From an uncultured Chloroflexia bacterium (GTDB lineage Bacteria > Chloroflexota > Limnocylindria > Limnocylindrales > CSP1-4), in contig CAWEZH010000003.1 in assembly GCA_963813535.1 (NCBI GenBank), positions 544,001 through 608,000 on the forward strand: DNA of 64,000 nt. Direction: 5' to 3'. The translations under genes were made by a program, and so were the position numbers. A model generated the notes under the pieces. It worked only from the letters and a program-made list of their open reading frames with translations, did not search any database and was not told the origin of the DNA. Shown here one piece after another: positions 1 to 9,926 of this stretch; position 1 is the first letter of the stretch; every line of letters starts with the position of its first letter.

Positions 1-1
1 C

Positions 2-1597
2 GTCCTGCGTGCCGCCCGCGCCATCGTCCGGCGGCCGATCCGACTGGTGGTCCGGCGGCTCACCGCCATGTCGCCGCGGCTGCGCCAGGCCGAGGCCGCG
101 CTGAAAGAGGGCGACCCGGAGCGCGGCCTATCCCTGATGACCGGGCTCGTGGACCCCACGCGTCCCGCGGGCGAAGGCGTCCTCTCGCGTGCGGCGGGTG
201 CGATCGGCGATCGACTGGCCGTCGCCGCGGCCACCGCGGCGATCACCCGATCTCGACGCATGACGATCATCGAGAACGCGGAGCGGCGACTGGGCGGCCA
301 CATCGCCGAGACCGATCCGCGCTGGAGCCCGCGGGTTCCTGGGCAACCGGAGCCGCTCGGCTCGGACGGAGACAGGCGGGTCCTCCATCTGCTCAAGGAG
401 TCGCTGCCCCACCGGCAATCCGGCTATACGATGCGCAGCGCGTACAACGTCGGCACGATCCGCGACGCCGGCTGGGATCCGGTCGTGGTCACGCCCCTCG
501 GCTTCCCGCGCTGGCGCACAGGGCACGGCGGCCCGCCGGTCGAAGAGGTCGACGGCATCCGCCATCACCGGCTCGATCCCGGACCCGCCTACCCGACCGA
601 TGCCCCCGCGGACGCGTACCTCGACGACTTCGCGTGGCGGGCAGCCGGGGTGGTCCGCACCGAGCGCCCTGCCATCCTCCACGCCTCGTCGGGCTTCCGC
701 GGGTACGAGCTGGCGCTCGTGGCGCTGGCCCTCGGTCGCCACTTCGCCCTGCCCGTCGTCTACGAGGTCCGCGGCCTGTTCGACGCTCCGGCGTATACGA
801 CCGGGTTCGAACGCTACAAGCGTCGTGCCGCGACAGACCTGCGGGCGATGCTTGCCGCCGATGCCGTCGTGACCCTGGCGGAGACGATGCGCGCGGACAT
901 CATCGAGCGCGGTGTGCCACCGGAGAAGGTGTTCGTCGTCCCGAACGGCGTCGACGCCGAGACGTTCTCGCCGATCCCGCCCGACCCGGCGATCCGGGCG
1001 CGGTACGGCCTGGGCGACCGGTTCGTGATCGGCTACATCAGCAACCTCGACCACCCCCGCGAGGACCATGAGTCGTTGATCGCGGCCACCGCGCAGCTGG
1101 TGGCCGCCGGGCGGGACGTCGCCTGTCTGATCGTCGGAGACGGCACCCGACGCGACGAGCTCGAGCATGTCGCCCGTGACTCAGGGGCGGCGGACCGGAT
1201 CATCTTCACGGGCCAGGTCCCGCACGAGCAGGTGCGTGGGATGTACGCGACGATCGATGCCTTCATCGTCCCCCGCAAGGACGAGCGGGCGGCTCGGCTG
1301 GTCACCCCGCTCAAGCCGTACGAGGCGATGGCGATGGCCCGCCCGCTCATCGTCGCCGACCTGCCGGCCCTGACCGAGATCGCGCCCGACGGCGTGCGCT
1401 CGCTCACCTACCCCACTGAAGATCCGGCCGGTCTCGCCGACGCCGTCGCGCGCCTGATGGATGACCCTGGCCTCGCGGCGCGGATCGCGGCCGCCGGCCG
1501 CGAGTGGGTCGTCGCGGAGCGGACGTGGGCGGCCAACCAGCCGCGCTGGGACGCCGTGTACCGGTCCGTGCTGGGGCGCCGGGGCGTGCCGGCATGA
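2..1597 (+). CDS. Glycosyltransferase family 4 (5' end probably outside the window)
   Basis: GT-B motifs SGY..RS, VVYEVRG, VPNGVD, IVGDG, FTGQVP, TPLKPYEAMA; the frame is open from position 2 to the GTG at 47. Confidence 0.9.
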   Translation, partial: VLRAARAIVRRPIRLVVRRLTAMSPRLRQAEAALKEGDPERGLSLMTGLVDPTRPAGEGVLSRAAGAIGDRLAVAAATAAITRSRRMTIIENAERRLGGHIAETDPRWSPRVPGQPEPLGSDGDRRVLHLLKESLPHRQSGYTMRSAYNVGTIRDAGWDPVVVTPLGFPRWRTGHGGPPVEEVDGIRHHRLDPGPAYPTDAPADAYLDDFAWRAAGVVRTERPAILHASSGFRGYELALVALALGRHFALPVVYEVRGLFDAPAYTTGFERYKRRAATDLRAMLAADAVVTLAETMRADIIERGVPPEKVFVVPNGVDAETFSPIPPDPAIRARYGLGDRFVIGYISNLDHPREDHESLIAATAQLVAAGRDVACLIVGDGTRRDELEHVARDSGAADRIIFTGQVPHEQVRGMYATIDAFIVPRKDERAARLVTPLKPYEAMAMARPLIVADLPALTEIAPDGVRSLTYPTEDPAGLADAVARLMDDPGLAARIAAAGREWVVAERTWAANQPRWDAVYRSVLGRRGVPA

Positions 1598-2229
1598 TCC
1601 TTCGCCGCCGTGTCGCCGCGGCCGATGCGCGATCCGCGGCCCTCGACGTCTTTGCGACGGCACGCTTCCTCGGGTCGGCCGGGGTGGCTGCCCTGCGGCT
1701 GTGGATCATCGAGGTCGACGACGCACATGACCCGCTCCGCCCGGATGTCGTCCACGCATGGTCGGAGGGCATCGGCGTGGTGGCCGTCATGGGCGAGGAC
1801 GCGCTTGATGCCGCCGTCGTGACCGCTGCGGCGATCGGGGCGACGGTGGTCGAGCGCTCCGGGACCGAGTCGGTCGACGGTGCGACCGGGCCGATGGACG
1901 GGGATACCGAGTTCGATGGCCGTCGCCTCGCGGCGCGTCACGCACTCGGTCTCGATCCGGGCGATTCGGTGCAGGTCGCGCTCGGAGCGACCGCCGCGCC
2001 TGGATTGGCAGCCCGGCTGGCCGACATGGACGCCGCGGTCACGAACGGGGCCAGACGCCGGCTGATCGTCACCGGCCGACCTGACGGCAGCACGCGGATC
2101 TCGGCCGAGCTCATCTCGGCGATCGTCCACCCGCTCGTCCTGGTCGACCTGCAGGGTGTCGACGGCGAGCTCGATGGGCTGGCCCGCATCGCGGCGGACG
2201 ACCTGGTCGCCGAGACGTCGGTGACGTAA
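1594..2229 (+). CDS. Hypothetical protein coupled to GT4
   Basis: ATGA overlap with the GT4 stop (ATG at 1594); Ala/Val/Asp-rich protein-like composition. Confidence 0.6.
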   Translation: MILRRRVAAADARSAALDVFATARFLGSAGVAALRLWIIEVDDAHDPLRPDVVHAWSEGIGVVAVMGEDALDAAVVTAAAIGATVVERSGTESVDGATGPMDGDTEFDGRRLAARHALGLDPGDSVQVALGATAAPGLAARLADMDAAVTNGARRRLIVTGRPDGSTRISAELISAIVHPLVLVDLQGVDGELDGLARIAADDLVAETSVT

Positions 2230-2236
2230 GGCGCGC

Positions 2237-3355
2237 CTACGCGCGAGGGGCGACCAGCGAGGCCGGCGATCGCTCGGCCAACCAGGCCTGGACGACGTCG
2301 GCGATCCGGTCCCCGGCGTGCCCGTCCCAGAGGGGCGGTCGCGGCCCGCTCGGTCGCACCGGTCCGGCAAGGATCTCGCGGGCAGCCGCGACGACCTCGC
2401 CCGGCGCCACGAGCCGGTTGGTGCCGTGGCTGATCGTGATCGGTCGTTCGGTGTTCGGCCGGATCGTCAGGCACGGGACGTCCAGGATCGTGGTCTCCTC
2501 CTGGATCCCGCCCGAATCGGTCAGCACGAGGCGTGCTCCGGCGACCACCGACAGGAACGCCACGTAGCCGAGGGGTTCGACGATCCGGAGCCGTTCCGAA
2601 TCGGTCAGCCCGGCGGCCTCGAGATTTGCACGCCCGCGAGGATGCAAGGGGACGACGAGGGGGACCATCGCGGCGACACCCTGCAGCGCCTCGACGATCG
2701 CGCGTGCGCTCGCATCGGTGTCGACGTTCGACGGCCGATGCAGGGTCACGACGCCGTACTCGATATCGCCGACACCGAGGCGTCGGCGCTCGGACGGGTC
2801 ATCGAACCGGGCGCGATGCGCGAGTAGCGTGTCGATCATCGGGTTCCCGACGAAATGGATCCGGTCGGCCTCGAGGCCCATGGCGCGGAGGTGGTCGGCG
2901 GCCTCCGGACTGGTCGTGAACAGGAGGTCCGCCAGCAGGTCGCTCACGAGCCGGTTGATCTCCTCCGGCATCGACCGGTCGAAGGACCGCAGCCCCGCCT
3001 CGACGTGCGCCGACGGGATCTCGAGCTTCGCCGCCGCGAGGCTGCCGGCGAGCGTGCTGTTCACGTCGCCGTAGAGCATCACGAGCCTCGGAAGATCCGC
3101 GCGGAACTCGCGTTCCAGACCGACCATCGCGGCTGCGGTCTGCTCGGCGTGGGTCCCGGAGCCGACGCCGAGGTTGACGTCCGGGACCGGCAACCCCAGC
3201 TCGTCGAAGAAGACGTCCGACATGCGCTCGTCGTAGTGCTGGCCGGTATGGACGATCCGCTGCGGGATCCCGCGTTGTCCGATGGCCGCGATGACCGGTG
3301 CCGCCTTGATGAAATTCGGGCGAGCGCCGATGACGTGGACGACGTGCTGGGGCAT
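2237..3355 (-). CDS. wecB: UDP-N-acetylglucosamine 2-epimerase (non-hydrolysing)
   Basis: GARPNFIK, HTGQHYD, HVEAGLRS, PEEINR, TDSGGIQEE, TERP motifs. Confidence 0.95.
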   Translation of the reverse strand: MPQHVVHVIGARPNFIKAAPVIAAIGQRGIPQRIVHTGQHYDERMSDVFFDELGLPVPDVNLGVGSGTHAEQTAAAMVGLEREFRADLPRLVMLYGDVNSTLAGSLAAAKLEIPSAHVEAGLRSFDRSMPEEINRLVSDLLADLLFTTSPEAADHLRAMGLEADRIHFVGNPMIDTLLAHRARFDDPSERRRLGVGDIEYGVVTLHRPSNVDTDASARAIVEALQGVAAMVPLVVPLHPRGRANLEAAGLTDSERLRIVEPLGYVAFLSVVAGARLVLTDSGGIQEETTILDVPCLTIRPNTERPITISHGTNRLVAPGEVVAAAREILAGPVRPSGPRPPLWDGHAGDRIADVVQAWLAERSPASLVAPRA

Positions 3356-3400
3356 GGCCGCCAGTATGCCGGAAGCCTCCGCCGTCGGACCCGGGCCGCT

Positions 3401-3919
3401 CTAGCGGCGCAGGATCCTGGCGACGATGGCGAATGCAGCGCCGAACGCCAGCGCGCCGCGCCAGTCGAGGATCGGTCGAACGGTCCCCTCGACGCGTCCG
3501 GCGATGAGGACCGCGATCGCGCTCGGTTGGCGGATGGTGACCGTCACCCCGAAGAGCCCGACGACGAGCGATTGATCGACGATGGTGTCCTGACTGCCGA
3601 CCAGGTTCGCCATCGACTGGACGACTCGCGTCTCTCCGCCGAGCGATGCGCCGATGAACCCACGATCGACCGACACCGTGGTACCCCGAGCGAGCCCGAT
3701 CCCGCCATCACTCACCGCGATGTCGGAGGCCATCGCACGCCCGATGCCGCCCTGCTGGATGTCGATCGCCTCGGCCGTAGCGGTCGAGATGCCGCCCTGG
3801 GTGATGCTGATCGAGCCGGCCTCGGCGTCGCGGATGCCGCCCTGGCTGAGCTCGATGCGCTCGGCCCGGGTGATCTCGGGCGTCTCGATCTCGCCGGTCG
3901 CAACGGTGCTGTCGTCCAT
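3401..3919 (-). CDS. Hypothetical protein with 15-aa repeats and a C-terminal membrane anchor
   Basis: Repeats of IxxxQGGI every 15 aa; hydrophobic C-terminus ending in RR; TAGGCT 6 nt upstream of the ATG. Confidence 0.75.
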   Translation of the reverse strand: MDDSTVATGEIETPEITRAERIELSQGGIRDAEAGSISITQGGISTATAEAIDIQQGGIGRAMASDIAVSDGGIGLARGTTVSVDRGFIGASLGGETRVVQSMANLVGSQDTIVDQSLVVGLFGVTVTIRQPSAIAVLIAGRVEGTVRPILDWRGALAFGAAFAIVARILRR

Positions 3920-4026
3920 CCGCGCAGCCTACGCCCTCGCGACGACGTTGCGCCGATGGTCTATCCTGCCGCGGTTCGAGAGAGAGCGCCGATCGCGCCC
4001 GCGGATAGGGTCGTTCGAGGGGACAC

Positions 4027-5247
4027 GTGGCTACAGGCCGAACTGGTCCGGGAAGGATCGTCCTTGTTGGGGCGCTGGGACTCGCTGCCATCGCGGGTGT
4101 CGGTGCCGGGGTGATCGCCGCCGGTGCAGCAGCCCCGAGTCCGAGCGGACAGGCGCTCGTCTCGCCGTCAGCATCGCCGACGCCGACTTCGGCACCGACC
4201 GCCACGCCGACGCCCGAGCCGACGGCGACACCGCTGCCGACCCCGACACCGACGCCCACGCCGAGCCCGACGCCCAGGCCCGTCGCGGCACCGATGACGG
4301 GCCGACTGGTGACCCCCGCGGCTGCCAAGCGCCACCCGATCGCCGTGATGATCGACGACCACCCCGACGCCCGCCCACAGTCCGGCTTCAACGACGCGTC
4401 CGTCGTGTGGCAGGCACCGGCCGAGGGCGGCATCCCGCGCTACATGCTGATCTTCCAGGACCGCATCCCGCCGTCGGTCGGGCCGGTCCGCAGCGCGCGG
4501 CAGTACTACATCGCGTGGGCTGCCGAATGGGACGCGGTCTATGCGCACGTCGGCGGCTCGCCGCAGGCGATGGCCACGCTTCGCGAGCAGGGCCGCGGCC
4601 AGCTCGTCTACAACGCCGATGAGTTCCGTTGGGGCGGTGTCTATTTCCACCGGACGCGCGACCGCTTCGCCCCGCACAACGTGTACACCAGCGGCAAGGA
4701 GCTGTGGCAGCTGGCCCGCCGGCTCGGCGCGAAGGACGCGACGATGAAGCCCGCCTGGCGGTTCGTGGCGGACAAGCATTTCCTGCTCCGCCCGAAGGGC
4801 GGCACGATCACCACGGTCTACCCGTGGAACACGATCACCTACCGCTACGACCGGGCGACCAATACGTATCGCCGGTCGGTGTCGGGTGAGAAGCGCCAGG
4901 TCGACCGCGGTCGGGAGAAGTTCGTCGCACCCAAGAACGTCATCGTCATGGTCATGTCGTTCGGGCGCCTCAACGACGGGAGCAAGAAGAACCGCCTCGA
5001 GGCCCAGTTCATCGGGCGTGGCCCCGCGTGGATCGCGACCAACGGCAAGACGATCAAGGGCACATGGCGCAAGACATCGATGACGGCGCCGACGCGCTTC
5101 TTCGACGCCAAGGGCAAGGTCGTGCGATTGACTGCCGGCCAGACGTTCGTGCAAGTCATGCCGCGCGGGTCGAAGATCACGATCAAGGACGGCAAGGTGC
5201 CGGCCTATGTGCCGACAGACAAGGAACGCAGAGACGAACGGCTCTGA
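4027..5247 (+). CDS. DUF3048 (YerB-like) exported protein
   Basis: N-terminal hydrophobic segment, Pro/Thr linker, PIAVMIDD..ARPQSG, AEGGIPRY, VGPVRSAR, APHNVY. Confidence 0.88.
   Translation: MATGRTGPGRIVLVGALGLAAIAGVGAGVIAAGAAAPSPSGQALVSPSASPTPTSAPTATPTPEPTATPLPTPTPTPTPSPTPRPVAAPMTGRLVTPAAAKRHPIAVMIDDHPDARPQSGFNDASVVWQAPAEGGIPRYMLIFQDRIPPSVGPVRSARQYYIAWAAEWDAVYAHVGGSPQAMATLREQGRGQLVYNADEFRWGGVYFHRTRDRFAPHNVYTSGKELWQLARRLGAKDATMKPAWRFVADKHFLLRPKGGTITTVYPWNTITYRYDRATNTYRRSVSGEKRQVDRGREKFVAPKNVIVMVMSFGRLNDGSKKNRLEAQFIGRGPAWIATNGKTIKGTWRKTSMTAPTRFFDAKGKVVRLTAGQTFVQVMPRGSKITIKDGKVPAYVPTDKERRDERL
4165..4275 (+). repeat. Low-complexity Pro-Thr (CCGACG-like) coding repeat
   Basis: Encodes the SPTPT...PTPTPTPSPTP linker of the DUF3048 protein. 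Confidence 0.7.
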
Positions 5248-5274
5248 CGCGGCGACGTCCGCCTCGGCCGTACG

Positions 5275-6531
5275 TCACGCCGTGCGGCCGACCTCGGCGT
5301 AGATCGCCCGCACGTCGCCAGCGACATCGGACCACGACCGCGTCGCCGTGACGGCTCGTTCGCGGGCGGCCTCGGCGATCCCGGCACGCACGGGCTCGTC
5401 GCCCCAGGCCGCGAGGAGCGCCGCGGCGAGACGATCGGGGTCCCGCGGCTCGACCAGGATCCCAGCCGTGCCAACGATGTCCGGCAACGCACCGACCGCC
5501 GACGCGATGACCGGCACACCGGCCGCCAACGCGTCGAGTGCCGCCAGCCCGGTCGACTCGGTCACCATCGGCAGCACGACACCGCGCGACGCGGCGACGA
5601 CCGCGGCGGCGTCCTCGACCGGCAGGGCGGGCGCGTAGACGAGATGATCGCCGGCCTCGTGCCGCGCCGCGACACGGGCGAGCGCGGCGCGGTCGTCGGG
5701 CGTCGAGTCGAGCACCAGCATCCGCGGCGGCCACGGCGCATCGCGCGCCAGGTCAGCCGGCCGGCCGGCTCGCGCCAGCGCGCTGAGCGCGGAGAGCATC
5801 GTCCCGGCGTCCTGGCGTACGTCGTAGCGCCCGGGATACACGAGGAACCGCTCGCCCAGCCCGAGCCGATCGGCGACCGCACGGGCGGCGCCCCTCCGGG
5901 CGGCAAGTGCCGTCGGTCCGACGGCGTACGCCGCTCGCGGCGCGAGTGGGACGATGCGGATGCGGTCCCGCCGGACGTGCAGCAGCCGACGCGCCTCGCG
6001 CGCGACCGCCTCTGTGCCGACCAGGACCGCCGCGGCATCGCGCAGCAACCGTGCTCGCAGCCGCTGGCCGAACCGCGATGCGGCGGTCCGCTGGAAGGCG
6101 CGCGGCAGCTCCCACGGCGCGAGGTCGAGGACCGTCGCGACGGTCGGCAGCCGCGAGGCGATCGGCAGTCCGCCTCCGGCCGTGTGGTACACAGCACCGG
6201 CGGCACCGCCCGCATCGGCCCGCCAGGCCGCCCCGACCGACGCCCCTCGAAGCAGGAATGGGTCCACGGTCAGCGCGCCGGATCGGAGCAGGCGGATCGG
6301 CGGCAGCAACCGTCGGCCGACGACCTCGAGGTGGGAAAACTGCGTCGTGGGATCGTCCTCGTCGCTCGCGAGCAGGAACGCGAAGGACTCACCCGGGAGT
6401 GGATCCGCATCGAAGCCGCCGAGGAGCCCCTCCAGGTACGCCGCCGTGCGAGGCGCTCGCGCAGGCTCCTGGAGGGCGCGCACGTCCAGGACGACGCGAA
6501 CGCCGGGTGGACGCGTCCGGTCGGAGGTCAC
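5275..6531 (-). CDS. Glycosyltransferase family 4 (divergent)
   Basis: RVVLDVRALQ N-terminal strand; ESTGLAALDALAAGVPVIAS; GTG at 6531 overlaps the upstream stop (GTGA). Confidence 0.85.
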   Translation of the reverse strand: MTSDRTRPPGVRVVLDVRALQEPARAPRTAAYLEGLLGGFDADPLPGESFAFLLASDEDDPTTQFSHLEVVGRRLLPPIRLLRSGALTVDPFLLRGASVGAAWRADAGGAAGAVYHTAGGGLPIASRLPTVATVLDLAPWELPRAFQRTAASRFGQRLRARLLRDAAAVLVGTEAVAREARRLLHVRRDRIRIVPLAPRAAYAVGPTALAARRGAARAVADRLGLGERFLVYPGRYDVRQDAGTMLSALSALARAGRPADLARDAPWPPRMLVLDSTPDDRAALARVAARHEAGDHLVYAPALPVEDAAAVVAASRGVVLPMVTESTGLAALDALAAGVPVIASAVGALPDIVGTAGILVEPRDPDRLAAALLAAWGDEPVRAGIAEAARERAVTATRSWSDVAGDVRAIYAEVGRTA

Positions 6532-7292
6532 GTCGGCTGGCGCCGCTCCCGCCAGCGGCCGCGCAGGTCCTCGAGACGGAGTTGGACGACGACGACCAGC
6601 GCCTCCACGACGATCCGGCGCGACATCTTGCTCTGCCCGACGCGCCGGTCGCGGAAGGTGATCGGTATCTCGACCACGCGTGCTCCGGCGCGGCTGGCAC
6701 GGAAGGTCATCTCGATCTGGAAGACGTACCCGCCGGCATGCACGCCATCGAACGGGACCGCGGCCAACGTCGCCGATCGCCACGCCTTGAACCCGCCGGT
6801 CAGGTCGTTCGGGCTGAGCCCCAGGACGGTCCGCGCGAAGATCGACCCACCGCGCGAGATCACCCGACGCCCCAATCCCCAGTCGACCACGCCACCGCCC
6901 GGCGCGTAGCGCGAGCCGATGACGAGGTCGGCCGTAGCGTCGACGATGGGCCCGATGAGGTCCGGCAATGTCGCCGGATCGTGGCTGAAGTCGGCATCCA
7001 TCTGGACGACGACCGACGCCCCGCCCTCGAGCGCGATGCCGAAGCCATCGAGGTAGGCGCGACCGAGCCCCTGCTTCGCAGCTCGATGACGGACGCGGAT
7101 GCGCTGATCGACGGCGGCCAGACCGTCGGCGATGTCGCCCGTGCCGTCGGGCGATCCGTCATCGACGACGAGGATATGCGCCTCGGGTAGCGCCTCGAGG
7201 ATGGCGGCCGTGACCGGGCTGACGTTCTCGGCCTCGTCGTAGGTCGGGAGGACGACCCAAGTCCCGGCTCCCCGCGTACGGTCGCCTTCCAT
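6528..7292 (-). CDS. Polyprenol monophosphomannose synthase-like glycosyltransferase (GT2, Ppm1/DPM1-like)
   Basis: VVLPTYDE, VVDDGSPDGT, QMDADFSHDP, GSRY, FRDRRVGQSKMS; ATG at 7292 follows TAGACT. Confidence 0.9.
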   Translation of the reverse strand: MEGDRTRGAGTWVVLPTYDEAENVSPVTAAILEALPEAHILVVDDGSPDGTGDIADGLAAVDQRIRVRHRAAKQGLGRAYLDGFGIALEGGASVVVQMDADFSHDPATLPDLIGPIVDATADLVIGSRYAPGGGVVDWGLGRRVISRGGSIFARTVLGLSPNDLTGGFKAWRSATLAAVPFDGVHAGGYVFQIEMTFRASRAGARVVEIPITFRDRRVGQSKMSRRIVVEALVVVVQLRLEDLRGRWRERRQPT

Positions 7293-7323
7293 GTGCGCCA
7301 AGTCTACGGTCGCCCCGGCGAGG

Positions 7324-9801
7324 TCAATGGGTCTCGACGACGACGCTGCGTGATGACCACGTCGTGCCGATCCAGCTCGTGGCCGACACCGCGATCCGGT
7401 AGGTTCCCGGCGGCGCGACGGCACCTGTCGCGGTCCGGCCGTTCCAGGTGTGCGTGTATGTGCCCGCGCTGAGCGCCTTGACCGTCCACACGCGCTTGAT
7501 CAGCGTGGTGCCGCGGTAGATCGCGACCGTGATGGTGGCCGCTCGTCGCAGGACGATCGAGGCACGGCTCCGCTCGCCCGCCCGGGGATCGAACGAGGGA
7601 TCCGACCACACCACGGATCGGATGGTCCGGTCGACGAGGACCGGTCGATCGACGACCGACCGATTGCTGGCGCGATCGCGACCGTCGACCCGGAAGGTGT
7701 ACCGGCCGTCGGTGACGACGCGACCACGGTCATCGCGGCCGTCCCATGTCGCCGCCCAGCTGGTCCGAGCGCTGAACGACCACCCACGGACCGTGGCCCC
7801 GGAAGCGTTGCGGATCCGCGCCGTGCCGGTGATGGCCTGGTCGGTGTTCCAGCGCAACCGCACCGAGTCCGCCCGACCGTCGGCGTCCGGCGTGATGAAG
7901 CCGCTGCCGGCGCCGGTGCCGAGCGTCGCAGGCCGGTTGTCGACCGTGACCGCGAACCCGCGCCCCGAGCGGTTCGCCGAGGCGTCTTCGGCCCACAGCG
8001 TGACTCGATAGGCGCCGTCGGGCACGCGGGCACCACTGGCATCCCGCCCGTTCCACGTGAAGGCCGGCGACCTGTTGCTGACGGTGCCGCTGCGCAGGTT
8101 CGGGCCCAGCCCGGATCCGACGACCGCATTGACCAGATAGCCCCAGCGCACCAAGCCTGTCGCCGACATCCGCACGAGCGTGGTGTCGAGCCGGTTGTCG
8201 CCGTTCGGTGAGAAGACCGGCGCGGTGACCGAGCCAGTCCGGATGGCCGGCGGGATGCTGTCGGTGATGAACCTGGCGCCGATCGCATTCCAGAGCTCGG
8301 TGCGGGTCCCGTCATAGCCGAGCGCCCAGATCCCGGCGCCGCGCAGCCCGTACCTGTTGACCAGGTCGTACTTCGCCCCGAGCGTCTTCGCGTCGTCGAT
8401 GTAGAGCTGCCGGTAGGGATTCACGCAGCCGTACGTGGACGTGCAGTTCTGGCGTCGGTAGACGGTCCAGGCGACCTGCTCGGTCGTCTCGTAGTGCTTG
8501 CCATGATCGGTCATGAACGGCAGCGCGTTGATGTAGGTCACGGCCGTCGACGCGCCGTTCCTGGTCCCGCTGATATTCCTGGCGTGCACGCGGTTCGTGT
8601 CCGTCGACCAGGCTCGACCGTAGTAGGGGACGCCGAGGATGAGCTTGGACGGGGACACCCGCGCGGCGTACGCGGCGACCGTGTCGCGGATGTCGTAACC
8701 GGCGCGTGACAGCGGCGCGACACTCCCGACCGGGCTGCTCGAGGCACCTCGATAGTCGTAGCCCATGATGAAGATCGCGTCGGCGCCCGAGGACGTCGCG
8801 CGCTCGATCGGGTAGTTGCCGATGTGCCCGGTCGTGTCGAATGTCAGTTGGTATCCGCGCGACACGGCGTCGAGCTTCTGACGGATCTGCTTGATCAGGG
8901 CGACGAACTGACCCTCGACGCCGGAGGCGAGCGGCTCGAAGTCCAGGTTGACGCCGTCCGCTCCTCGGTCCCGGACCGCAGCGGCGATCTGCCGCGCAAG
9001 GTTGTCGCGGGCCGTCCAGCTCGTGAGCAGCGCCCGCTGGCGCGTCTTGCCCGAACTGTTCCACGCGAAGCTCTGGACGGTCAGCACGACGCGAGTGCCG
9101 GTCGCATGCGCCTTGTTGATGATCGACGTGAGACCCGAGCTCGTCCAACCCGACCAACCGGTCGTGATCGTCCCGTCGCTGTTGCGCTTCTGCAGGTTGC
9201 CCTTCGAATCGGCACCGACGCCGAAGTAGGCGATCGTCGAGATCTTGTCGTACTGGATGCGCAGGGAGCTGCTGTTGACCTGCCAGTACGGCAGGAAGCC
9301 GAAGACCTCGCGCCGAAGGGCTCCCGGATCGACCGGAGCCTGGGTCGTTCGGTCGGGGCTACCGGGCGTCGCCGCGTTCGTCGAGTCCGCCTCGATGACG
9401 TCCGCCTGATCCACGGTCGGTTGATCGAGAGCGGGATCGGGCGCAGGGTCGTGTGAACGCATGCGCCTGCCGTCGAGCCGGCCGGCGGGCAGGCTGCGCG
9501 ATCGCACGCCGCCGACCGTCCAGCGGTCGGTCGATCGCGGCTTGAAGCCCACGGTCACGCGGCCACCGGGTGTGAACGCGATGCGATCGCGCTCGTGCGC
9601 CTGTGCCTCCTGCCAGTGGATGGTCGGCTGAAGCCCGGCGGTCGACGCGGCTGGATCCGGCGTCGCTGACACCTCCGACCCTGACCCTCGCGATACCCCG
9701 GCGGTCGCGGCGACCGCGGATTGCGCCAGCACCAGCGTCGCCAGACCGACCGCGACGAGCATCCTGCGAGGCGAACGCGGAGAGAGGCGGGCGGGCGTCA
9801 T
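7324..9801 (-). CDS. Secreted glycoside hydrolase family 18 with C-terminal FlgD Ig-like domains
   Basis: Signal-like N-terminus; EVFGFLPYW, DGVNLDFE catalytic motif, IMGYDY, LGVPYYG, GIWALGYD; three W[ND]GR..G....G.Y modules. Confidence 0.88.
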   Translation of the reverse strand: MTPARLSPRSPRRMLVAVGLATLVLAQSAVAATAGVSRGSGSEVSATPDPAASTAGLQPTIHWQEAQAHERDRIAFTPGGRVTVGFKPRSTDRWTVGGVRSRSLPAGRLDGRRMRSHDPAPDPALDQPTVDQADVIEADSTNAATPGSPDRTTQAPVDPGALRREVFGFLPYWQVNSSSLRIQYDKISTIAYFGVGADSKGNLQKRNSDGTITTGWSGWTSSGLTSIINKAHATGTRVVLTVQSFAWNSSGKTRQRALLTSWTARDNLARQIAAAVRDRGADGVNLDFEPLASGVEGQFVALIKQIRQKLDAVSRGYQLTFDTTGHIGNYPIERATSSGADAIFIMGYDYRGASSSPVGSVAPLSRAGYDIRDTVAAYAARVSPSKLILGVPYYGRAWSTDTNRVHARNISGTRNGASTAVTYINALPFMTDHGKHYETTEQVAWTVYRRQNCTSTYGCVNPYRQLYIDDAKTLGAKYDLVNRYGLRGAGIWALGYDGTRTELWNAIGARFITDSIPPAIRTGSVTAPVFSPNGDNRLDTTLVRMSATGLVRWGYLVNAVVGSGLGPNLRSGTVSNRSPAFTWNGRDASGARVPDGAYRVTLWAEDASANRSGRGFAVTVDNRPATLGTGAGSGFITPDADGRADSVRLRWNTDQAITGTARIRNASGATVRGWSFSARTSWAATWDGRDDRGRVVTDGRYTFRVDGRDRASNRSVVDRPVLVDRTIRSVVWSDPSFDPRAGERSRASIVLRRAATITVAIYRGTTLIKRVWTVKALSAGTYTHTWNGRTATGAVAPPGTYRIAVSATSWIGTTWSSRSVVVETH

Positions 9802-9870
9802 GGGCACGGCGGACCTCGCTGGTTCGGGTCGTTGACGGTACGCCCGCGTGGTGCGTCGGAGCAAGGCTCC

Positions 9871-9881
9871 GAAGGTCCCGA
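9871..9881 (-). promoter_or_regulatory. TCGGGACCTTC motif upstream of the GH18 gene
   Basis: The identical 11-mer lies at 12309-12319, upstream of the neighbouring FlgD-Ig gene. Confidence 0.4.
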
Positions 9882-9926
9882 ACGCGACCGGTACGGTGCG
9901 GTCCGGTGTCGTGGGGTGTGGCGCGG

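Noticed and set aside
9802-9926. Possible c-di-AMP (ydaO) riboswitch ahead of wall-hydrolase genes
   Set aside because: The conserved GCUGAA, GGGGGA/UGGGGUGAA and GUCAGCUAAC-type elements are not recognisable
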